64,000 bases of DNA from an uncultured archaeon (GTDB taxonomy: Archaea > Micrarchaeota > Micrarchaeia > Micrarchaeales > CABMGC01): positions 512,001 to 576,000 of the forward strand of contig CAWBCT010000005.1 in assembly GCA_963787445.1 (NCBI GenBank), read 5' to 3'. The notes beneath the pieces are model-generated. The model was given only the letters and a program-made list of their open reading frames with translations. It had not been told where the DNA came from and ran no database searches. The position numbers and the translations under genes were made by a program. This document shows positions 56,072 to 64,000 of this stretch, piece after piece. Numbering within the stretch: position 1 is the first letter of the stretch; the number at the start of each line of letters is the position of its first letter.

Positions 56072-56653
56072 CTAGTAAGGTCTAGGGACGCTGGGTGGCC
56101 TTGCGAGTATGTAGAAGCGAGTTTCGCCCTTCAGTTCAATAAGCACCCTATCGGTAAGAAGCTTGACCGGATCCTGTAGCAATGAAACACGCTGCCCTAT
56201 GTCCGCAAAGCTTTCGAATGGCTTCTCCTCTCGCGCATCGAGTATCGCCGCAAGGTGCTTCTTTCCTATCCCTGGCAGAAGCTCAAGCACGTGCATTCGT
56301 ATGTTGAGCGGGGAGGCGTTGTTGAAGAAGTCGACGAACTTCTTTTCGTTCCTCTTTATCACTCCGTGTATCGCGTTCGGGAGCTCGTTCTTCGCGCCCT
56401 CGGTCAGGTTGTTGTAGGTAAGCCTGGTCTTGATGAGCGCAATCTTGTCACGCTCGCCCTTTCCGATGTACAGGCGCTCCGCAACCTTTATGTCCGGGTT
56501 CTTCGGCACCGCTTCAAGTAGCGTGAATCTTGTCTCGCCCAGCAGCTGCGCCACCGGCTCTGACCTCACAGAAAAAGACTTGCCCGTTGGGAGATAGTCT
56601 AGGACTACTGCGTACTCTTCAAGCTCTTCCTTCCGTAGTTCAGCTTCTGGCAT
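56072..56653 (-). CDS. DUF655 putative RNA-binding protein
   Basis: EEYAVVLDYLP, FTLLE, FFNNA.PL..RMHVLELLPGIGKK; conserved neighbour of rpo4. Confidence 0.9.
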   Translation of the reverse strand: MPEAELRKEELEEYAVVLDYLPTGKSFSVRSEPVAQLLGETRFTLLEAVPKNPDIKVAERLYIGKGERDKIALIKTRLTYNNLTEGAKNELPNAIHGVIKRNEKKFVDFFNNASPLNIRMHVLELLPGIGKKHLAAILDAREEKPFESFADIGQRVSLLQDPVKLLTDRVLIELKGETRFYILARPPSVPRPY

Positions 56654-56670
56654 GCAAACTCCCCTCCCAC

Positions 56671-57006
56671 TTATTTACCTCTGTGCTTCTCCACTATCGC
56701 CATGGCCTTGTCCGCGACCTCCTGCTCTACGGTCTTCTTCTCGTTTGCGAGTATCTGCTTTAATTGGATCATCTCCGCCGGCATGGTGTCGACTATGGAG
56801 ATGGCGCCCTTCTGGCTGATTCCTAGCGATTCAAGTTCCTGAACGAGCTTCGCGCCCACCTTGGGCTCCAGCTTTGCGAACTTCTTAGCGTAATCATAGG
56901 ACAGCTGCTGCTCGTAACCCAACTCCCCATCCTTCTTCCTTGTCTCCAGTATGTCTAGAACGTGCGCTATCGTGACCTGCTTACTAACTCTCTCGCTGTT
57001 TGCCAT
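56671..57006 (-). CDS. rpo4: DNA-directed RNA polymerase subunit Rpo4 (F)
   Basis: GELGYEQQLSYDYAKKFAKL, IVDTMP; ATG 57006. Confidence 0.9.
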   Translation of the reverse strand: MANSERVSKQVTIAHVLDILETRKKDGELGYEQQLSYDYAKKFAKLEPKVGAKLVQELESLGISQKGAISIVDTMPAEMIQLKQILANEKKTVEQEVADKAMAIVEKHRGK

Positions 57007-57078
57007 CCATACACCTCCAGCAGTAATATGGGATAGGTATATTATAAAGCTTTTGTTCGATGTATTTATGGTTTTTAG

Positions 57079-57987
57079 ATGGATGCCAACGTTGTCTACA
57101 AGGAGATCCTTGAGGAGATGAGGAAGCACATCTCCGGCAAGATCGAGACCATCCAGCTAATGGTGATAGCCGTGGTGGCGAACGGCCACGCCCTGCTTGA
57201 AGGGGTGCCCGGCGTAGCCAAGACAACCATGACCAAGGCGCTCGCAGACACCATCCAGGCCGATTTCAAGCGTATCCAAGGCACGCCGGACCTCACGCCC
57301 ACGGACATAGTCGGGGCCACCTACGAGGACGTGGACAAGAGCATAAAGTTCAGGAAGGGGCCAGTCTTCACCAACATCTTCCTCATAGACGAGCTCAACA
57401 GGATGCAGCCGCGAACGATGAGCGCGCTGCTCGAGACGCTTGAGGAGCGCCAGGTCTCAGCCGGCGGCGCCGACCTGAAGCTGCCCAGCCCCTTCATCGG
57501 CTTCGCGACCCAGAACCCGCTCAACATAGAGGGCACCACGCCGCTGCCCAAGGTCCTGGCAGACCGGTTCATAATGAAGATAGACGTCGACTACCCCTCT
57601 GCCACCGAGGAGATCGTGATGCTCAGGATAAAGGAGAAGGAGGAGCAGACAGTGGTAAAGAAGATAATCGACACGGCAGCCATAACCGAGCTCCAGGAGA
57701 TGGCAAAGAGCATAATCCTGCCTGACGACGTCGCCGCCTACATAACGCAGATAGTCGGCGCCACCAGGGTCGACATGCACGTGGTCATGGGGGCCAGCCC
57801 GAGGGCCGACATAGCCTTCATGAAGTGCGCAAAGGCAAAGGCCCTGCTTGAGGGGCGAAAGGAGATAACCCGGGATGACATCCGCTTCCTGGCAAGGCCG
57901 GTGCTCAGCCACAGGCTCTCGGTGAGATCCACCGGAGGCATAGGCGTCCACGGCATAATCGACGGAATCATAATGTCAAACACCTGA
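57079..57987 (+). CDS. MoxR family AAA+ ATPase
   Basis: GHALLEGVPGVAKT, RIQGTPDL, DELNR, ATQNP, DRF, GASPRA, VLSHRL. Confidence 0.93.
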   Translation: MDANVVYKEILEEMRKHISGKIETIQLMVIAVVANGHALLEGVPGVAKTTMTKALADTIQADFKRIQGTPDLTPTDIVGATYEDVDKSIKFRKGPVFTNIFLIDELNRMQPRTMSALLETLEERQVSAGGADLKLPSPFIGFATQNPLNIEGTTPLPKVLADRFIMKIDVDYPSATEEIVMLRIKEKEEQTVVKKIIDTAAITELQEMAKSIILPDDVAAYITQIVGATRVDMHVVMGASPRADIAFMKCAKAKALLEGRKEITRDDIRFLARPVLSHRLSVRSTGGIGVHGIIDGIIMSNT

Positions 57988-58049
57988 GCTGGAAACTTTT
58001 TGTCCGGTCGTCCTCGCTTTCCTGGCTGTTTACGAGAGCTAAGAGCATA

Positions 58050-58064
58050 GAAACGTATTTAAAT
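58050..58064 (+). promoter_or_regulatory. BRE/TATA promoter of the pilin gene
   Basis: GAAACG-TATTTAAAT about 40 nt upstream of the start. Confidence 0.5.
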
Positions 58065-58097
58065 GTTGATAGTTACTAGTATCTATCGAATAAGGTC

Positions 58098-58553
58098 GTG
58101 TATATGAAACATAATGACTCATCTAGGCTAAGACTGCTGGTATTCTTTGGTCTGCTCACAGGCGTATTGGGCAGCTTGGTTGTGCCTTACGCATTCGCGC
58201 AGAACACAAGCGCTCTGACAAATGCGCTCTGCGGCATCGTAAACGGCATAGGAACTGTGCTGAGCATCCTGGCACTGCTTATGTTCATATTGGGCGGCAC
58301 GCTGTACGCATTCGCGCACTTCCTTCCTGCGACTGGTAACTTCAGGGGAAATATGCAGGGCTGGGGAATGGGTATGCTGATGGGCGGGATAATCGCACTT
58401 GTGCTGTACATAATCGCTCCGTTCATAGTCGGGCAGATTATAGGCATAAACAACGCAAACAACAACAACGGCATTAACACTGGCACTGGAAACAATGCAT
58501 CAGTCAATGGCCTCAGCAATGCCACATGCGCAGGCGTAACAGGCACCAGCTAG
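58098..58553 (+). CDS. VirB2/TrbC/CedA1-like pilin
   Basis: Signal peptide ending AFA|Q, two hydrophobic helices separated by a short basic loop (TGNFRGNMQGW), two Cys, Asn-rich tail. Confidence 0.65.
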   Translation: MYMKHNDSSRLRLLVFFGLLTGVLGSLVVPYAFAQNTSALTNALCGIVNGIGTVLSILALLMFILGGTLYAFAHFLPATGNFRGNMQGWGMGMLMGGIIALVLYIIAPFIVGQIIGINNANNNNGINTGTGNNASVNGLSNATCAGVTGTS

Positions 58554-58585
58554 TGTGATTTAAAATCATCGGCGCGTTTATCTGG

Positions 58586-58607
58586 TTTTTTTCTTTTATT
58601 TTTATTT
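58586..58607 (+). terminator. Oligo-U terminator after the pilin gene
   Basis: TTTTTTTCTTTTATTTTTATTT. Confidence 0.55.
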
Positions 58608-58642
58608 GACTTAAATTTAAATTTGTTTGAGGGTGTTGCTTA

Positions 58643-59371
58643 ATGGGAAACGTTTTATCGGACTCCTGGGAAGCATACCGCACAAACCGCAACCTAGTCC
58701 TTCTTTTCTCCATACCCTTCGTGATAGCATTCTTCATACCCCTACTGGCAACCTTCCCTACCTACGTCAGCTCCGGTGCAATCTTCATAAGGAGCGCAAG
58801 CATCTTCACAGACCTTAACTTTGCCACGGTCGCGGTGATAATAGCCGCCCTTTTCTTTTCGCTTCTCTTCATGAGCTTCGCCTTCGTTGCGATAAGCCTC
58901 GTGGTCAAGTCCAAGAAGACCAGCGTCGCTGTGTCCAAACGTGTCCTGCTTGAGATAGAGAAGTACATCGGCAAGGTCTTTGTTGTCCTTGTCCTTTACA
59001 CTGCACTTCTGCTAATAGCGAACGTCGTCGGCTACATATTTGGCATCCAGGCGCTTCTGACAAGCCTCGCAGGTTTCTTTGGCTTCCTCTTCATCTTCTA
59101 CGCGCCCAGCGCGATAGTGGTCGACAACAAGGGCATACTCCGCTCCATGAAGAACAGCCTCCTTCTGGTCGTAAAGAGCCCGCTCTACTTCATACAGTGG
59201 CTTGTCCTGATAACTGTCATCATCTCGGTCCTCGACGCAATCCTGATAGGGCTGACGGGCTTCTACGCGAGCTACATCCTGCTGCTCATAATCTCCCTCA
59301 TAGTGCTCCCTTACTTCGTCATCTTCCAAGCGGAGGCGTACATGCGGAGGTTCGCTCTGCTACGACACTGA
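58643..59371 (+). CDS. Conserved six-TM membrane protein
   Basis: Six hydrophobic segments, FYAPSAIVVD...SMKNS motif. Confidence 0.6.
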   Translation: MGNVLSDSWEAYRTNRNLVLLFSIPFVIAFFIPLLATFPTYVSSGAIFIRSASIFTDLNFATVAVIIAALFFSLLFMSFAFVAISLVVKSKKTSVAVSKRVLLEIEKYIGKVFVVLVLYTALLLIANVVGYIFGIQALLTSLAGFFGFLFIFYAPSAIVVDNKGILRSMKNSLLLVVKSPLYFIQWLVLITVIISVLDAILIGLTGFYASYILLLIISLIVLPYFVIFQAEAYMRRFALLRH

Positions 59372-59412
59372 CTGATATAAATATTTTAAGCAACATCTTT
59401 TTCATACCCTAT

Positions 59413-59535
59413 GGCGGGGTAGCTCAGCCTGGTTAGAGCGCTAGACTCATATGCAAAGCACTATGAGTGAAGAGCAATTATTGCGATGACTGCTAAGAAA
59501 TCTAGAGGTCGCGGGTTCAAATCCCGCCTCCGCCA
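59413..59535 (+). tRNA. tRNA-Met(CAT), probably elongator, with a 48-nt intron at 37/38 (59452-59499)
   Basis: GGCGGGG/CTCCGCC acceptor, CTAGA-CTCATA^...^A-TCTAG, GGTTCAAATCC; relaxed bulge-helix-bulge. Confidence 0.9.
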
Positions 59536-59589
59536 AATCCAGCATATAAAGACATTTAGAATGTCAAGTGCAGTTATAGCTGATTTTAG

Positions 59590-61425
59590 ATGAAATTTAA
59601 CATCAAAACCAGGCTATTCCCTATTTTCTACCTTGCATTAATCGTTGGCTCATTCTTCTTCATTTTTTCAAGCGTGTATCCCGGATATGCAACAACAATC
59701 GCCTGCTCGGCAGCCTTTGTAGCATTGGCAGGGTCGGTAATACTCGGCAGGGCAGAGATAAGGCGCGCGCTGGGCGGCCACATAAACAAGTACTCAGTTA
59801 TTGCCTTGCTTGCAATCATTGCGTTCTTTGTAGTATTCTCAATATTCTTTTTGAAAAAGACCGAGCTGATCTTCTTCGATGAGCAGATATACGAGAGCAT
59901 AGCCGTGAACATTGTAAACCACGGGAACGCGCTCTCATGCGCGTTTGGCACAGCCCAGCTTAAGAGCTGTTATCTAACCTCCATGGGCTTTGACCCTGGT
60001 GGGTGGCCGTTCCTGATTGCGATAGCATTTGAACTGCTCGGGGCCGGGATATCGACCGCCTACAATCTGGAGCTCTTCTTCGGCGCGGTTTCCATAGTCT
60101 CTGTTTTCTTGCTCTCCAGCCTCTTGACTGACAAAAAGGAGATTCCGGTGCTCTCCGCACTCACATTTACGCTCATACCGGAGCTCTTCATATGGTCCAG
60201 GACGATTACAAACCCAAACATACCCTTTTTGTTCCTCGCCACAATGGCTGTCTTCTTCTCTGTATTATTTGCCAGAAAACCGACAAAATCAACGCTTGCC
60301 ATGTTCTTGTCAAGCCTAGTGTTGGCCTCCTACATAAGGGTAGAAGCCCTACTGCTAATTCCTATTTTCATCATAATTTTCTTCACTTTTGGGGAGCAAA
60401 GCATCTCAAAGAGCCTTGCTTCAAGGGTCAAAGCAGTGCGAAATAAAACTACATTTTCCAAGGCACTGCCATTGCTGCTAGTATTTTCAATATTAATGCT
60501 TCCGGAGATTTATGCCATACTTGCCACGCAAAGTATACTGCTCGTAAATGCACTGCCTTTCCTGAACTCAAATAGCCAGATCTTCGCCATCTCTTACCTC
60601 CCAAACAACATACTACAGAATGCCTTGTTTTTGAGTGGCGGCGTTGCCACCTATCCGATAATCTTCTTACCTGAAATAGGCATATTTGCAATGCTCGGTG
60701 TTGCATACCTCACACTACACAAAGAGCAAAAGGGCAATAGCGTTTTGTTGATGCTTTTGTGCTTATTTTTTGGCTATCTCATATTCTACTGCCTTTATTT
60801 CTCTGGATCCGCATTGCTCGGTGGGTCAGTAAGGTTCCTTTTAATACTATATCCGGCCCTTTCCATATTGGCTGCCTTCGGGGTTTACGGGACGAGCAAA
60901 CTAATCTCCTCGCTTTTTGATAAAAGTCCCAAGAATAAAAAGTTGGTGTTCCAAAAGCCCACAATAACTGTGCTGGTGATACTATTTTTCATAACGCCAT
61001 TCTTCTACGCGATCCCATTTCTAACACACCCTAATTATCTGTATTCCGATTTCCCCACGATACCAAATACCACGTCACAGAGCAATCCATACTCAATGAT
61101 GTACGCCAATCGTTCACTGACATTCATCAATGAAAATTACAATCTAATCCCTTCAAGTTGCCTAGTACTCTCGCCCTCACCATACTTATGGTATGGACTA
61201 AATCGCAGTGCAGCCTATGTAAATTTATACAATTCTTCGGATCCGCAGCTTAAGAACTACGGCTGTTTCGTTCTTGATTACAGCTACTTCTGTGGAAACC
61301 CATTCAACAATACCTCGTGCAACACAATATTGGCTAAGTACAAGTTGAAGGTTCTAGCAACCGAGAGCGGCGACATGAGCACAAACTTCTCTCTATACCA
61401 GATAATGAATTATACCCCTTCCTAG
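59590..61425 (+). CDS. Glycosyltransferase family 39 (PMT/ArnT-like GT-C) membrane protein
   Basis: FFDEQIY, PGGWPFL, YIRVEA, RFLLILYP; multi-TM; visibly lower GC than flanks. Confidence 0.75.
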   Translation: MKFNIKTRLFPIFYLALIVGSFFFIFSSVYPGYATTIACSAAFVALAGSVILGRAEIRRALGGHINKYSVIALLAIIAFFVVFSIFFLKKTELIFFDEQIYESIAVNIVNHGNALSCAFGTAQLKSCYLTSMGFDPGGWPFLIAIAFELLGAGISTAYNLELFFGAVSIVSVFLLSSLLTDKKEIPVLSALTFTLIPELFIWSRTITNPNIPFLFLATMAVFFSVLFARKPTKSTLAMFLSSLVLASYIRVEALLLIPIFIIIFFTFGEQSISKSLASRVKAVRNKTTFSKALPLLLVFSILMLPEIYAILATQSILLVNALPFLNSNSQIFAISYLPNNILQNALFLSGGVATYPIIFLPEIGIFAMLGVAYLTLHKEQKGNSVLLMLLCLFFGYLIFYCLYFSGSALLGGSVRFLLILYPALSILAAFGVYGTSKLISSLFDKSPKNKKLVFQKPTITVLVILFFITPFFYAIPFLTHPNYLYSDFPTIPNTTSQSNPYSMMYANRSLTFINENYNLIPSSCLVLSPSPYLWYGLNRSAAYVNLYNSSDPQLKNYGCFVLDYSYFCGNPFNNTSCNTILAKYKLKVLATESGDMSTNFSLYQIMNYTPS

Positions 61426-63246
61426 CCCCTTGAAATCTTGTATATCCTGCTGTCGCTGTTGTTGAAGACCAGCGTCAGCGTGTAGTTTCCCATGCTGCAC
61501 GACGTGCAGTTGAGCAGTTCGATGTAGACTGTGCTGTCTAGGCCCGGCGGCGTGTAGTTGCCCTGCAGGTAATAGGTGCTGCCGTAGCCGCCCTCGATGG
61601 AGATGGCCAGGCTCTCTTCCTGCCATATCCCCCTGAAGAAGAGGTACGTCGGCAGGCCCTGCGGCAGGGAAGAGAGGTAGCTTGAGTTGGTGCTCTGACC
61701 GAAGACCCAGCGCGCGAAGGCGTAGGTTCTAGTCGCATTGAGGCTGCCAACCGTGTCCATCCAAACCGTCCGGTTGGCCACCGACTCTATCACCGAGCCA
61801 TCTGGCCAGAGGCTGACGATCAGGCTGTTGCTGGGCGTGTGCGAGCCCAGCCAGGCGGAAGCGTTGATAAAATTGCCGTTTATGTAATCTGCCGGGCGCC
61901 GTATTCCAAAGGGAAGCAACCGTGAATACCGGCAGCAGGATGATGAGCATGCCAAAAAAGTAGCGCATGTATCTCCTTAGCCTCCTGTCCTTCTTTCTTT
62001 CATCAAAGGTCTTCAGCACGACGAATGCGCTAAGGAGCCCAAGCGGGACCACTAGCAGCGTGGCAAACCGAATCACCGACATCGAAAGGTAAAGCGTGAC
62101 CGAGAACCATCCGAAAAGCAGGATGACTGCCTGGCTCTTGAAATATTTCCTCATGAAATACAGGGAGGCCAGGACTAAAACCGCCCAGAGCCCTAGAATC
62201 ACCGGAATGAATGGGGCAGCAGCGTTCCCACCATCATCCCCCAACCGATTGGCGTCATGAACATCAGCGAGCCGAGCGAATTGATGTAGGTAATCTGGTT
62301 GGGCGGCTGCAGCTCAGAGATGGTGCTGAAGAGAAGCGTATTCGGAGTGAACCCGTTTCCCACCACTATGTACTGCAAAAGGTCTGATTGCACAAAAACC
62401 AGGAGACCAAAAACGACAACACAAACGGCGTAAAAAACCAGCTTGTTCTTTGGTTTGCCATAAAAGATGGCCGTAAGCGACGCCATCCCTAAAAATATTA
62501 TGACCGACACGACTGCCCCGTCGAGGGCATGGGCACGATCCATCCTGCCGCAGCAAGAACTATGGAGAGTATTGCAAATGGCAGATACGCAATCGGAAAA
62601 GACCACATCCTGACCTTCTTCCCCTTGTAAAACAGGAGGAAAAGTGCGAATGCCACGAAGAACGCAAAAATACCAAACTGGCCGCCTCCCCAGAAAAGCT
62701 CGGCGAGCGCAAAGCTTACTCCCGCAGCGCAGGCAAAAAGATACCACCTTTCCGAATTCAGGGAATAATAGAGTGCTATGAAGGCAATGAGAATCCAGAG
62801 GGAGACAAAACCGTCTCCGCGATAGGTGCCCAACGCCGTCCTGGCTATGGACGCAACTGCAATGAAAACGAAGAAGAGCCCAAGGAGCAGGAACTGCCTG
62901 TCGTTCCAGATTAACCTTATGAATATAATTGCAAAAATGAATTCCAAAGCGTAGAAAATAAAAGGAGTGATGAGGATTGACACCATGGCGCTAAATCCGA
63001 ACGCCATCAGGAAGCAACGGAGTGAAGGTAAAGCCCAACAGGCTCCGGAATTATCGTGGCAGGATAACCGGACGTGCTTAGATATTGTGGCACATGCCCC
63101 ATAGCAATGGCTGTCCTGACGACTTCATAATGGTAGTAGACGTCCGGCTCGAAGAAAAAGCCGCTAGTGTAGAAATACTATCCTTAAAACAGGCCCGCTA
63201 CAAAGATGATGGCAACTAAAAGCAGCAGTTTCTGATTCTTGTCCAA
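61422..63246 (-). pseudogene. AglB/STT3-like oligosaccharyltransferase, disrupted by at least four frameshifts and early stops (pseudogene or indel errors)
   Basis: Fragments carry FFEPDVYYH, YRGDGF, FWGG, TISELQP, RF, SLWPDGS (WWDYG-like) in different frames. Confidence 0.7.
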
Positions 63247-63676
63247 ACTTGTCACCAACCCTACAGATTAATTGCGGGCAAGAATTAAAAGATGACCAAA
63301 ACATCTTAATTCCCACCCGAGATAATCGCACTTATTATTTTGGAACCTTTTGCGCGACAGCTCCATGAATCAAGGATCCACCCTGTAGGTTTCTAACGGC
63401 TATATCGTCCGACAACATGTCGTCGAGACCAAACATCACCGAAAGGTTTAAATATCTTATGTCCAAATATTAATATACTCTTTTTAGAAAGATTTAAAAG
63501 CTATTCCAAATTTCACAAGGTTACGATCAATATTCGGTGATAGATATGGCAAAAACCCACAAACAGCCAAAAGAAGCAGCAATCAGGTCCAAAGCCCCTC
63601 ATGCACAGAACAGCAGGCCTACAACACCCACGATGGTCACGTTCCGAGCAGCATAGGAGCGAAGGAGCTCCCGAGC

Positions 63677-64000
63677 ATGGGACGTGACATAAAGAGATGC
63701 CCGAGCTGCGGCAACACGGAGATCATTTTTGACAACGAGCGCGGAGAGTACATCTGCAACAACTGCGGACTCGTAATAGAGGAGAACGTCACGGACGAAG
63801 GTCCTGAGTGGCGAGCATTCGACTCTGACCAGCGCAATGCCCGCGCAAGGACAGGCGCCCCGATCAAGTACATGAAGCCGAACAAGGGCCTCGTCACAGA
63901 AATCGACATGTACAACAAGGACATCAAGGGCACGAAGCTCTCCTCAAAGCGCCAGGCGCAGCTGTACAGGATGCGCAAGTGGCACAAGAGGGCAAGCATC
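63677..64000 (+). CDS. tfb: Transcription initiation factor IIB (TFB), truncated by window edge
   Basis: CPSCGNTEIIFDNERGEYICNNCGLV zinc ribbon, GPEWRAFD, RTGAP. Confidence 0.95.
   Translation, partial: MGRDIKRCPSCGNTEIIFDNERGEYICNNCGLVIEENVTDEGPEWRAFDSDQRNARARTGAPIKYMKPNKGLVTEIDMYNKDIKGTKLSSKRQAQLYRMRKWHKRASI

Noticed and set aside
41959-59535. Secretion-like cluster as an integrated conjugative element between tRNA-His and tRNA-Met
   Set aside because: No integrase, relaxase or att repeat seen; core genes (rpo4, DUF655) lie inside; codon style matches the host
63335-63436. 33-aa minus-strand ORF MFGLDDMLSDDIAVRNLQGGSLIHGAVAQKVPK
   Set aside because: Short, no recognisable motif, and the RBS-like GGTGA overlaps the ATG; insufficient support

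Overview
Archaeal chromosomal window, most likely DPANN/Micrarchaeota. This is inferred from archaeal ribosomal proteins, TFB, Rpo4, PolB, proteasome beta-aCPSF1, CarS, GGTG(A) ribosome-binding sites and divergent, compact genes. Housekeeping content: L1-L10-L12, a truncated spc-type block (Rpp29-S17...S5), a detached SecY, AlaRS, pyruvate kinase, MetAP, IlvE, four tRNAs (Asn, Arg, His, intron-containing Met) and a probable box C/D sRNA. The standout is a ~13 kb co-oriented cluster (42.5-55.6 kb) that looks like a chromosomal Ced/T4SS-like envelope machine. It has six paralogous CedA/VirB6-like membrane proteins, two paralogous VirB4-N-terminal-like membrane proteins, a HerA/VirB4 ATPase and a small paralogue of the ATPase tail, with a VirB2-like pilin nearby. 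It is headed by a membrane-anchored protein whose C-terminal domain carries OspF/LanL-type phosphothreonine-lyase motifs, a candidate host-directed effector. Other oddities are an HD-SET fusion beside tRNA-Arg, an Exo5-like Fe-S nuclease, a multiply frameshifted AglB-like gene and several candidate RNA/DNA regulatory elements. All calls come from motif reading by eye; no database search was run.
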